Shown here: positions 9,362 to 17,718 of the stretch, piece by piece
How positions within the stretch are numbered: position 1 is the first letter of the stretch
Layout: the number at the start of each line of letters is the position of its first letter
Origin: Candidatus Latescibacterota bacterium
GTDB lineage: Bacteria; Latescibacterota; UBA2968; GCA-2709665
Direction of reading: 5' to 3'
NCBI GenBank assembly: GCA_965205485.1
Contig: OZ242180.1
Location: 4,000,001 to 4,064,000, forward strand
DNA length: 64,000 nt
Notes under the pieces: generated by a model
The model's input: the letters and a program-made list of their open reading frames with translations, nothing else
Database searches by the model: none
What the model was told of the DNA's origin: nothing
Translations under genes and position numbers: made by a program

Positions 9362-11146
9362 ATGCCCGACTCAATCCGCGATATGCACGAAGAGGAAACT
9401 ACCCGGAAGCCGTTCGATGCCCGGCTGATGTGGCGTCTTCTGGGTTATCTCAAGCCCTACACGACCTGGGTCATTGTCGCATTCCTGCTGATTCTGCTGA
9501 CGTCGGCGGCCAGGCAGGCGGGCCCCTACCTGAGCAAGATCGCAGTGGACGACCACATCCTGCCGGGAGACCTGGCGGGTTTGAACAGGATCGTCCTGGT
9601 ATTTGTGGGGCTGCTTGTGTTTCAGTTCCTGGCCGACGTGGCCCAGAGGATGGTGACACAGATGGTCGGGCAGTGGGTGATGTACGACATCCGAAAGGCT
9701 ATATTCGGGCACCTGCAGCGGTTGCCCATACGATTCTTCGACCGCACCCCGATCGGACGCCTGATGACCCGAAACACCAACGACGTGGACGCGCTCAACG
9801 AGTTGTTTACGGACGGGGTCGTTGCCGTTTTCAGCGATATATTCACGCTGATCGCGATTATGGCGTACATGTTCTACATGGACGCGTCACTTGCGCTGCT
9901 GGTCTGCGCTACGGTGCCCGTGATGTTCGGGGTGACATTCTGGTTTCAAGGCCGCATGTTGCGGGCATTTCGCCTCGCGCGCAGCCGGTTGGCGCGCCTG
10001 AACGCTTACTTGCAGGAAAACATCACGGGTATGTCGGTGGTGCAGCTTTTTGGTCGGGAAGGCCGCCATGCGGATCGATTCGACCGAATCAACGGCCGGT
10101 ACCTGAATGCGAATCTGGAGTCCACGCTGTACTATTCGCTCTATTTTCCGATCATGCAATTGCTGGGTTCCGTTGCCACGGCGCTTGTTATCTGGCAGGG
10201 CAGCAGCGATGTAATCCGGGCGCAGATCGAGTGGGGCGCGCTGGTCGCCATGCTGCAGTACATTCCCCGGTTCTTCTGGCCCATACTGGACGTTGCCGAA
10301 CGATACGCGATTCTCCAGTCGGCGATGGCGTCGTCGGAGCGGATATTTGAACTTCTGGATACCCGGCCGGAGCCGGGCCTGGACAAGTCGGGGCCGAAGA
10401 AGATCCGGGGCGAGATCGAGTTTTCAGACGTCTGGTTCGCATACAACGACGCCGACTGGGTACTGAAAGACGTTTCGTTCGTGGTGAAACCGGGAGAACG
10501 CCTGGCTATCGTCGGCGCGACCGGTTCCGGTAAGACGACCATTATCAACCTTCTATGCAGGTTTTATGACATTCAACGCGGACGCATCCGAATTGACGGC
10601 GTCGACATAAGGGAGTGGGACGTGGAGGTGTTGAGGCGACGCGTTGGCGTCGTCCAGCAGGATGTCTTCCTCTTTTCAGGGGATATCGGGGCGAATATCC
10701 GATTGAGAAACCGCGAGATCTCGGAACAGAGCGTCGAACAGGCCGCAAGGGACGTCAACGCGGACCGCTTTATCAGTCGACTCCCCGGGGGATACGGGCA
10801 TGCCGTCACCGAAATGGGCGGCACCCTTTCCGGCGGTCAGAGGCAGTTGCTGGCCTTTGCACGGGCTATCGCGTTTGACCCGGATGTTCTCGTCCTGGAC
10901 GAAGCCACATCCAGCATCGACACCGAAACGGAGGCCTGGATTCAGGATGCCGTGGGAAGACTGATGCGGTCGAGGACGTCGATCGTGATCGCGCATCGCA
11001 TTTCAACGGTTCGGCGCGCGAACCGGATTCTTGTGATTCACAGGGGTGAAATCCGGGAAACGGGTACCCACGAAGCCCTGTTGGCCGCAAAGGGCGTATA
11101 TCACCGGCTTCACAAACTGCAATACATCGGCGGCGCCCGGCAGTAG
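9362..11146 (+). CDS. ABC exporter fused permease/ATPase, consensus subunit (YheI/YheH-type heterodimer)
   Basis: GATGSGKT, LSGGQ, VLVLDEATSSID, AHR. Tandem with the preceding gene. Confidence 0.92.
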   Translation: MPDSIRDMHEEETTRKPFDARLMWRLLGYLKPYTTWVIVAFLLILLTSAARQAGPYLSKIAVDDHILPGDLAGLNRIVLVFVGLLVFQFLADVAQRMVTQMVGQWVMYDIRKAIFGHLQRLPIRFFDRTPIGRLMTRNTNDVDALNELFTDGVVAVFSDIFTLIAIMAYMFYMDASLALLVCATVPVMFGVTFWFQGRMLRAFRLARSRLARLNAYLQENITGMSVVQLFGREGRHADRFDRINGRYLNANLESTLYYSLYFPIMQLLGSVATALVIWQGSSDVIRAQIEWGALVAMLQYIPRFFWPILDVAERYAILQSAMASSERIFELLDTRPEPGLDKSGPKKIRGEIEFSDVWFAYNDADWVLKDVSFVVKPGERLAIVGATGSGKTTIINLLCRFYDIQRGRIRIDGVDIREWDVEVLRRRVGVVQQDVFLFSGDIGANIRLRNREISEQSVEQAARDVNADRFISRLPGGYGHAVTEMGGTLSGGQRQLLAFARAIAFDPDVLVLDEATSSIDTETEAWIQDAVGRLMRSRTSIVIAHRISTVRRANRILVIHRGEIRETGTHEALLAAKGVYHRLHKLQYIGGARQ

Positions 11147-11157
11147 GCTGATTTTTG

Positions 11158-11186
11158 TTGACAAAGCGATTCCATTTGTATATCCT
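11158..11186 (+). promoter_or_regulatory. Sigma70-type promoter of hup-bS22-tRNA-Arg
   Basis: TTGACA (11158-63), 17-bp spacer, TATCCT (11181-86). Confidence 0.6.
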
Positions 11187-11258
11187 TTTCGTTTGTCCAA
11201 ATTAACTAGACAGGTGTGTTTTTCGTAGAGCCATTGGCCAGTCTCGAAAGGGGTTTCG

Positions 11259-11546
11259 GTGACCAAAGCCGATATCGTCAATCAGATTGCAGAGGCCACG
11301 GGGTTGCCGAAATCCGATACGGCGGCTGTCGTGGAGGGTTTCCTCGACTCGGTCGTTGCGGCATTGAAACACGGCGAACACATCGAAATTCGAGGGTTCG
11401 GGACGTTCAAGGTCGTGACCCGGGCGCCCCGGATAGGGCGCAATCCCAAAACCGGCGACGTTGTTGAAATTCCCGAACGCCCCGCACCGGTTTTCAAGCC
11501 TTCCAGGGAATTGCGGGCTGGTCTCACGGACGAGCAGGCGGCCTGA
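11259..11546 (+). CDS. HU/IHF family DNA-binding protein
   Basis: MTKADIV..IAE, IEIRGFGTF, R.GRNPKTG, PVFKPSREL. Confidence 0.95.
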   Translation: MTKADIVNQIAEATGLPKSDTAAVVEGFLDSVVAALKHGEHIEIRGFGTFKVVTRAPRIGRNPKTGDVVEIPERPAPVFKPSRELRAGLTDEQAA

Positions 11547-11589
11547 ACCCGTGACGCACCAATATCAGTCTTACAAGAAGGAGCATTAA

Positions 11590-11679
11590 TTGCCCTGCGG
11601 AAGAAAACGAAAGCGCCACAAGATCGCGACTCACAAGCGCAAGAAGCGTCGCAGAAGAGACCGCCACAAGAAATCCTGA
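11590..11679 (+). CDS. 29-aa basic ribosomal microprotein, bS22 / AURKAIP1-COX24 family
   Basis: TTG start after AGAAGGAG SD. Reads MPCGRKRKRHKIATHKRKKRRRRDRHKKS*. Below the ORF-track length cutoff. Confidence 0.85.
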   Translation: MPCGRKRKRHKIATHKRKKRRRRDRHKKS

Positions 11680-11698
11680 CCGTTTTCAAGGGTCCAGA

Positions 11699-11776
11699 GG
11701 GGCATTAGCTCAGTCTGGATAGAGCGCTGGTCTCCGGAACCAGAGGTCACAGGTTCGAATCCTGTATGTCCCACCA
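11699..11776 (+). tRNA. tRNA-Arg (anticodon CCG)
   Basis: Acceptor GGGGCAT/ATGTCCC, anticodon arm CTGGT-CT-CCG-GA-ACCAG, T loop TTCGAAT, encoded CCA. Confidence 0.96.
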
Positions 11777-11786
11777 TGCCATTTCA

Positions 11787-11829
11787 AGGCGAGCCGTCGA
11801 GAAATCGACGGCTCGCCTCTTTCTTTTTT
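11787..11829 (+). terminator. Intrinsic terminator after tRNA-Arg
   Basis: Perfect 14-bp stem AGGCGAGCCGTCGA / GAAA loop / TCGACGGCTCGCCT, then a T-rich tail. Confidence 0.85.
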
Positions 11830-11923
11830 ATCCGCGTTCGGGCAATCCGGGATAACGTCCCGGGAATACGTTACCGGGACTTGCGCCGGAGATTCCGCGA
11901 CTCGTGTCCGGGATCCGAAGAAA

Positions 11924-12907
11924 GTGGAACTTTCGCGCGTCCAGATCGTTCCAATCGTACGTCGATCCACATCCGTTCCGGAAACGCCGGCGGATCTGGA
12001 CGGCGGATTCGCAGTCGCAAGGGGGTTGAAGCCAGCTTTGGACTTCCAGGAACCGACAAAGAAGCGTCTGCCTCATGACGCATCCGTACAGCGATACCTG
12101 AAGGAACTGCGCCGGTATCCCCCGATGACGCGCAAAGAGGAGACGGAAACGCTCGCCCGGGCCCGGAAGGGCGACCAAAAGGCGATCGAACGGCTCGTCA
12201 CCTCCAATTTGCGTTTTGTCGTGAGCGTTGCCCTCGAATACCAGGGCCGCGGCGTGCCGCTCTCGGACCTGATCGCCGAAGGCAACATGGGGTTGATGGA
12301 AGCCCTGAACCGGTTTGACGAAACCCGGGGATACAAGTTCATAAGCTATGCCGTCTGGTGGATTCGCCAGGCGATATTGAATGCGCTCAAACGTACGTCG
12401 GCAGTGTCCATGCCTGCGAATCGGCAGGAGGACATGGATCGCATGGCCCGAAGGTGGGGCCAGATGACCCAGGAATTGGGACGGGTGCCAACGGTCGAAG
12501 AGGTGGCCACCGATATGAAGATCAGTCGGAAGCGGGCTGAACGCGCGCTTCGATGCGCGCGGTCGGACCTCTCTCTGGAATCTCCGATCGACGCCGAAGG
12601 AGAAAAGACATTGCTGCAGGTACTTGACTGCGACGAAGCCCACCCTGATCTGGAGGTCCTGGAAAGAGACCGCACCGAGTTGATCAACGCCTCCCTTGCG
12701 GGAAGTCTCGATACGAGGGAGGCAAACGTCATCCGCTCCTACTTCGGCCTGGAGGGCGGTGATCGGAGGACGCTCGGAGAAATCGGCGGGGAACTGGGTG
12801 TCACGCGTGAACGTGTACGGCAGATCCGGAATCGTGCCCTGGGCAAACTGCGGCGATATTTCAAACAGCGCGTACGCGCCGAAGAGTCCTGGCAGGATCA
12901 GGTCTGA
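11924..12907 (+). CDS. RNA polymerase sigma factor, RpoD/SigA-like, lacking region 1.1
   Basis: NLRFVVSVA, DLIAEGNMGL, YKFISYAVWWIRQAI, TLGEIG.ELGVTRERVRQI. Start codon uncertain. Confidence 0.92.
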   Translation: MELSRVQIVPIVRRSTSVPETPADLDGGFAVARGLKPALDFQEPTKKRLPHDASVQRYLKELRRYPPMTRKEETETLARARKGDQKAIERLVTSNLRFVVSVALEYQGRGVPLSDLIAEGNMGLMEALNRFDETRGYKFISYAVWWIRQAILNALKRTSAVSMPANRQEDMDRMARRWGQMTQELGRVPTVEEVATDMKISRKRAERALRCARSDLSLESPIDAEGEKTLLQVLDCDEAHPDLEVLERDRTELINASLAGSLDTREANVIRSYFGLEGGDRRTLGEIGGELGVTRERVRQIRNRALGKLRRYFKQRVRAEESWQDQV

Positions 12908-12934
12908 TTCCGGATCGGCAGCGACGCCGGACCG

Positions 12935-12970
12935 TGCGGGCAGGGGCTCACCCTTGCCCGCATTTTTCTT
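12935..12970 (+). terminator. Intrinsic terminator after the sigma factor gene
   Basis: TGCGGGCAGGGG-CTCA-CCCTTGCCCGCA followed by TTTTTCTT. Confidence 0.75.
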
Positions 12971-13192
12971 GCATTCGTCTGAGCCCCCGAGGCGGGTTGC
13001 TTCAGCCTCGGATCCTGCGATGCGGGAAAAGTATAAAGTCATTGATCCAATGGCATTTGATGGTTAAATTGAGGTGGAAATTCGCAGCTTGCGGCACGCA
13101 GGAAACGACTGTTCGATCTCGTTGCTCCGCCTGATCCGCGGGACGGCGTGCACGGCTGCAAAAGTTGGCCAATCCATTTCAGGAATTGTCCC

Positions 13193-13966
13193 GTGAGGCG
13201 TCTGCTGGAATTCGTGGGCATGAAGACTGCCCGGTTTCTATTGCTTACGTTTTCGATGTACGGGTATTTTCGGCGGTTTCTCGGCGAACTGCCAAACGTC
13301 TATTTCTACAGACGCCAGATCATCGAACAATGTTACTCCGTTGGCGTGAATTCACTGTCTCTCGTTGTCCTTGTTTCAGCTTTCAGCGGAATGGCAGTAT
13401 CCACGATGATGGCCTACCAGATGGAGGACTACGTACCAGACTACATGGTCGGCAGCATCGTGGTTCGCTCGGTGCTTCTGGAACTGGCGCCGATTCTCAT
13501 GGGGCTGGTACTGGCGGGCCAGGTAGGCGCGGGCATCGCGTCCGAGGTGGGCACGATGAAGGTTTCCGAGCAGGTGGATGCGCTGGTTTCGCTGGCCGTG
13601 GATCCGGTAGGCTACCTCCTGATGCCGCGGGTTCTCGCGGGTATCGTGATGATCCCCGTGCTGGTCGTATTCTCCGCCTGCACGTCGATCTCCGCAGGCT
13701 ACATGATGTCCATCCATCTGATGGATATCACGGTTGCCGATTTCGTGAAGGGCATGAAACTGGACTGGAGTTCGTACGATCTTGTGGTGTGCCTGATCAA
13801 GTCCGTGGTTTACGGCGGCATGATCACCTTTTACGGCTCTTATGCCGGATTGTCGGCAACTGGCGGGGCGCAGGGGGTGGGCCGCGCGGCGACGGCGGCG
13901 GTGGTGATTTCGGCTGCATCAATCCTGATTCTCGACTACTTCCTGACCAAGACGTTGCTGTATTGA
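13193..13966 (+). CDS. mlaE: MlaE family ABC permease (MCE transport system)
   Basis: ELAPILMG, GAGIASEVGTMKVSEQVDAL, YLLMPR, GGAQGVGRAAT. GTG at 13193 (AGGA SD) preferred over 13148. Confidence 0.92.
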   Translation: MRRLLEFVGMKTARFLLLTFSMYGYFRRFLGELPNVYFYRRQIIEQCYSVGVNSLSLVVLVSAFSGMAVSTMMAYQMEDYVPDYMVGSIVVRSVLLELAPILMGLVLAGQVGAGIASEVGTMKVSEQVDALVSLAVDPVGYLLMPRVLAGIVMIPVLVVFSACTSISAGYMMSIHLMDITVADFVKGMKLDWSSYDLVVCLIKSVVYGGMITFYGSYAGLSATGGAQGVGRAATAAVVISAASILILDYFLTKTLLY

Positions 13967-14034
13967 TACGGGTTGTGTTCTTCAGTTCGGAGATGTGTTC
14001 ACCCGTCGTTCGTTTTTGATGAATGGGATGAGAA

Positions 14035-14778
14035 ATGGCCGATAACGGCGTTGCCATCCGTTTCGAAGCGGTACACAAGCGATTCGATGAACTGGAAGTC
14101 CTCAAAGGAATGGACCTGGAAGTCCGATGGGGTGAAGTCACCACCATTCTGGGGCCCAGCGGATGCGGCAAGAGCGTGACGCTGAAACATATTATCGGGA
14201 TCGAACAGGCCGACCGGGGGCGGGTGACGGTCGTCGGTCACGATATGAGTTCCATCCGGAAGAAAGACCTGAAGGAACTGCGTAAGCGAATCGGCGTTCT
14301 GTTTCAGTCGTCGGCTCTGTTCGATTCGATGAACGTAAAGGAGAACGTGGCGTTCGGACTGAGGATGCATACCCCGATGTCAGAAAGAGAAATCGATGAG
14401 CGGGTCGGCGTATGCCTCGAGGCGGTTCGGCTTTCGGGAGCGGAGCTGACGATGCCCGTCGAACTGTCCGGCGGCATGCGGAAGCGCGCCGCACTGGCCA
14501 GGGCAATTGCCATGTCGCCTGATTTCATCCTCTACGACGAGCCGACAACCGGCCTGGATCCGGGAACAGCCGCAGTGGTTGGCGATTACATACTGAAACT
14601 TCAGAGTGAGCTGGACGTAACCTCGGTTGTGGTTACCCACGATCTGCCGCTTGCCCGCAGGATTTCAGACAGGCTTGCCCTACTCTACAACGGAAAAACC
14701 GCCATTCAAGGGACGCCCGAGGAGATCGAGAGGAGCGGAAACGATGTTTACGACCTGTTCGTTCAGGGAAAAATCTGA
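14035..14778 (+). CDS. mlaF: MlaF family ABC ATPase
   Basis: GPSGCGKS, LFQSSALFDSMNV.ENVAF, ELSGGMRKRAALARA, YDEPTTGLDP. Confidence 0.92.
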   Translation: MADNGVAIRFEAVHKRFDELEVLKGMDLEVRWGEVTTILGPSGCGKSVTLKHIIGIEQADRGRVTVVGHDMSSIRKKDLKELRKRIGVLFQSSALFDSMNVKENVAFGLRMHTPMSEREIDERVGVCLEAVRLSGAELTMPVELSGGMRKRAALARAIAMSPDFILYDEPTTGLDPGTAAVVGDYILKLQSELDVTSVVVTHDLPLARRISDRLALLYNGKTAIQGTPEEIERSGNDVYDLFVQGKI

Positions 14779-14790
14779 AGCAGGTGACAA

Positions 14791-15696
14791 ATGATCAGTC
14801 GAGAAAAGCAGTTGTTTCTGGGGGCGGTCATATTCCTGGCGATCGCAATAGCCGTACTGGGTGCGACGTGGCTGTCGGAAAACTACGCGGGCGCGGCCGG
14901 TGGCTATCAGCTGCACGTCTTTTTCGAAAGTGTACCCGGGTTGCAGCCTGGCGATCCGGTATTCATCCGGGGGGTATGGGCCGGCAAGGTCCTCGACATC
15001 GGACTGACGCACGGATTGCCGCTCGTCAGCATCGGCTTCGCTGAATTTCGAAATCTGCCCCGCGACTCGAAGGTATTGTTGCAGGCCGAGGGGTTGCTGG
15101 GTGGCAAGATGATCGACGTTCAGGTGGGAACGGAATCCGACCGGGTGTACGCCGACCACGATACGCTTCGAGGATCGTCGGAAGGCGGTATAGAAGAGAT
15201 GGCGGAACATGCCGGTGTGCTTGCGCAGCGCCTGGAAGCGGTCCTTGCCGACAGGAATCTGGACCATTACGAAGCCCTGCTCGCGAATATGGACAGTACC
15301 GCCGCGCTTTTGAAGCAGGCAGTCGCGGAGAACCGAGAGACCCTAAAGGCCCTGCTGGACACCGCGGCCCTGGCCGCCCGCGACGCGCGGGACATTCTCG
15401 GCGAGAATCGGCCCGAAGTGCGCCGGGTCGTCGGGAACATGCGGCGTGCGACCGCAAGGCTGGACGGGATGGCGCGAACGTTCGAGACGGCGCTGGAATC
15501 CTTCGAGAGGTCACTGTCGGACCTGAACGAGGTTGGCGGTAAACTGCGCCGCGGCGAAGGTACTCTGGGCCGTCTCGTTCACGACGAAACGCTGTATCTG
15601 GATATGCGGCGTACGCTTGCCTCTGTTGACAGTCTTATCGAGGACATCAAAGAAGACCCTAAACGCTATCTGAATGTTGACGTGAGTCTGTTCTGA
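14791..15696 (+). CDS. mlaD: MlaD/MCE family protein with long helical C-terminus
   Basis: N-terminal TM, GLQPGDPV.IRGV..GKV, GLLGGKMI, GEGTLGRLVHD..LY, DIKEDPKRY. Confidence 0.9.
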   Translation: MISREKQLFLGAVIFLAIAIAVLGATWLSENYAGAAGGYQLHVFFESVPGLQPGDPVFIRGVWAGKVLDIGLTHGLPLVSIGFAEFRNLPRDSKVLLQAEGLLGGKMIDVQVGTESDRVYADHDTLRGSSEGGIEEMAEHAGVLAQRLEAVLADRNLDHYEALLANMDSTAALLKQAVAENRETLKALLDTAALAARDARDILGENRPEVRRVVGNMRRATARLDGMARTFETALESFERSLSDLNEVGGKLRRGEGTLGRLVHDETLYLDMRRTLASVDSLIEDIKEDPKRYLNVDVSLF

Positions 15697-15709
15697 GCGG
15701 AGGTAAGGG

Positions 15710-16864
15710 GTGCGGGAGGTGATTGCCCGAAACGGTTTCCGGGTGCTGGCATGCCTGTTCGCGGGATTGACCCTGGCGCACGCGGGCGACCTGGAATGGT
15801 TCCGATGGGCAAGGCGAAAGGATGTGTCCTTCGGCGGCGCCCTGGGCGAAATGCGCACCATCAGGACCATTCCCGCCGCGGCTGACTCGGTTAGACGTCT
15901 GGTCTACGGAGACCGGCAGGGACTACTGCACGTTCTCGAACTCAGCGAGGGGCGTTCCCGGGAGGTATGGGTCAGCCAGTCCCTGAAGTCGTCCGTTGCT
16001 CAGGTTTTCGTGGCCGATGTCAATGCGGACGATGTCCTCGAGATCGTCGCGTATTCGCATTGGGGCGACATCGTGATTTACAATTCGGATTCGTACGAGT
16101 TGATCTGGCGCAGCAAAGACGACGAGTACGCGACGATCTCGACGATGGCGATCGAGAATCTGGATGGCGACCCACAACTTGAGTTGATCTTCCTTGGCGA
16201 AGCACAGGACGCATCGGGTGAGCGAGACTCGCGGTTGTTTGTCTACGACGGAAGGCATCTGGCGGAGGAGAGGCGGGGCGAGCAGACGCTGATCGGGGAA
16301 AGCATCGTGGTCGCGAACCTGGACGAAGACGCGGCGCTTGAAATCGCCATCAATACCGGCGTGGTCATCGATGCAAGAACCCTCGATTTCGAATGGCACT
16401 TCGGCGGCTGTGACCGAATGGGGTACATGGACGTGAATTACGACGGCACCCCGGATCTGATAGGAGAATACGCCAGCTTGCGTCCGGAACGACACATCAG
16501 GGTGATTTCAATCACCTCGGATTTTCGAGGAAACCACGGAACTGAGGGCTCGGGAAGGATTGCGGACTGCGCCTCGTGCCACAAACTCAGGGCGTTCTGC
16601 CAGGACTGCCACGAGAGAGAGGGTGTAACAAGCACCGTCGGCCACCAAAACCCCGGTGGACGCATCGACGAGGAGGCCTATCATCTGCGGGAGGCGCCTT
16701 ACTTTGCGCCGTACGGAAATGTGAACGAGTGTACGAGTTGCCATAAACTCGAACTCAGGGAGGTGTGTCTGGCGTGTCACCAGCGTACCGTTCCCGACGG
16801 TGAAGAAGCCATTCGGGCGAATACCGAGATCTATTCGATTCTGACCGAACTCAAGGACCGATAG
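15710..16864 (+). CDS. Secreted FG-GAP/VCBS-repeat protein with C-terminal four-CxxCH (tetraheme c-type) domain
   Basis: Signal peptide ending LAHA. Repeats ADVNADDVLEI, ENLDGDPQLEL, ANLDEDAALEI, MDVNYDGTPDL. Motifs CASCH, CQDCH, CTSCH, CLACH. Confidence 0.8.
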   Translation: MREVIARNGFRVLACLFAGLTLAHAGDLEWFRWARRKDVSFGGALGEMRTIRTIPAAADSVRRLVYGDRQGLLHVLELSEGRSREVWVSQSLKSSVAQVFVADVNADDVLEIVAYSHWGDIVIYNSDSYELIWRSKDDEYATISTMAIENLDGDPQLELIFLGEAQDASGERDSRLFVYDGRHLAEERRGEQTLIGESIVVANLDEDAALEIAINTGVVIDARTLDFEWHFGGCDRMGYMDVNYDGTPDLIGEYASLRPERHIRVISITSDFRGNHGTEGSGRIADCASCHKLRAFCQDCHEREGVTSTVGHQNPGGRIDEEAYHLREAPYFAPYGNVNECTSCHKLELREVCLACHQRTVPDGEEAIRANTEIYSILTELKDR

Positions 16865-16866
16865 GC

Positions 16867-17718
16867 ATGAAACGCAACGTCTGGATTGGCGTGCTGTTCT
16901 GGATAACGGCAATGGTGCAGGTCCAGGCCGGAAACGCCGACTGGTATGGTCTACGCGACAGCCGGCACATCCGCTGGGGTGGAAGTATCGATGAATTGCC
17001 TCAGATTCGTATTCTTCCGCCGGGCGACGAGGAAAACCCGCGGGTTGTTTACGGAGACGGGGAAGGAAGTCTGCACGTTGTCAGATACGTCGACGGGCGC
17101 GGTTACGAGGAGTGGAAGAGTGAACCTTTGGGATCCGCCATACTGGGCGTCTTCGTGGAAGACGTCGATGCCGACGGGGAATTCGAGATTATCGCCTACA
17201 CGTTTACGCGTATCGTGCTATATAGTGTGGAAGACTACAGTTTCATCTGGCAGATCCAGGAAGATATCACCCACATGGCAATTGCAAATGTGGACGATGA
17301 TCCTCAACTGGAACTCGTCTATCTGGTCAAGAGTCTGGGTCATAGCGAGATGCACATCCATGTGTACGACTGTCTGGAGTTGTTCGAACAGGGTATCAGC
17401 GACGTGATACCGAAAGAATCGATTCACGCCCAGAGTATGGTGATCGCGGATTTCGACGATGACTACGGCCTGGAGGTCGTATTGAATACGGGTGTGGTCG
17501 TCGACCTGGAAACTCTGATCATGGAATGGTATTTCGCAGACGGTTTCGGAGACCGTCTGGGGTTTCTGGATATCGACGGTGACGGTGTCCTTGAGTTGAT
17601 CGGAGAGGTGGGAGGACTTCGTCACAGCCGATACCTTCGTATCTTCAACGTAGACATCCAGACGGAGACGTTTCTGGTCCTTCCGGATGACGAATCGCGG
17701 TCACGAGCGGAACAGTGA
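16867..17718 (+). CDS. Secreted FG-GAP/VCBS-repeat protein, paralog of the preceding gene without the heme domain
   Basis: Signal peptide ending VQA. Repeats EDVDADGEFEI, ANVDDDPQLEL, ADFDDDYGLEV, LDIDGDGVLEL. Colinear with 15710-16510. Confidence 0.82.
   Translation: MKRNVWIGVLFWITAMVQVQAGNADWYGLRDSRHIRWGGSIDELPQIRILPPGDEENPRVVYGDGEGSLHVVRYVDGRGYEEWKSEPLGSAILGVFVEDVDADGEFEIIAYTFTRIVLYSVEDYSFIWQIQEDITHMAIANVDDDPQLELVYLVKSLGHSEMHIHVYDCLELFEQGISDVIPKESIHAQSMVIADFDDDYGLEVVLNTGVVVDLETLIMEWYFADGFGDRLGFLDIDGDGVLELIGEVGGLRHSRYLRIFNVDIQTETFLVLPDDESRSRAEQ

Noticed and set aside
11206..11222. AGACAggtgTGTTT upstream of hup as a second LexA site
   Set aside because: The spacing (N4) differs from the lexA promoter palindrome (N6) and one arm is mismatched. 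Too weak without a genome-wide motif.
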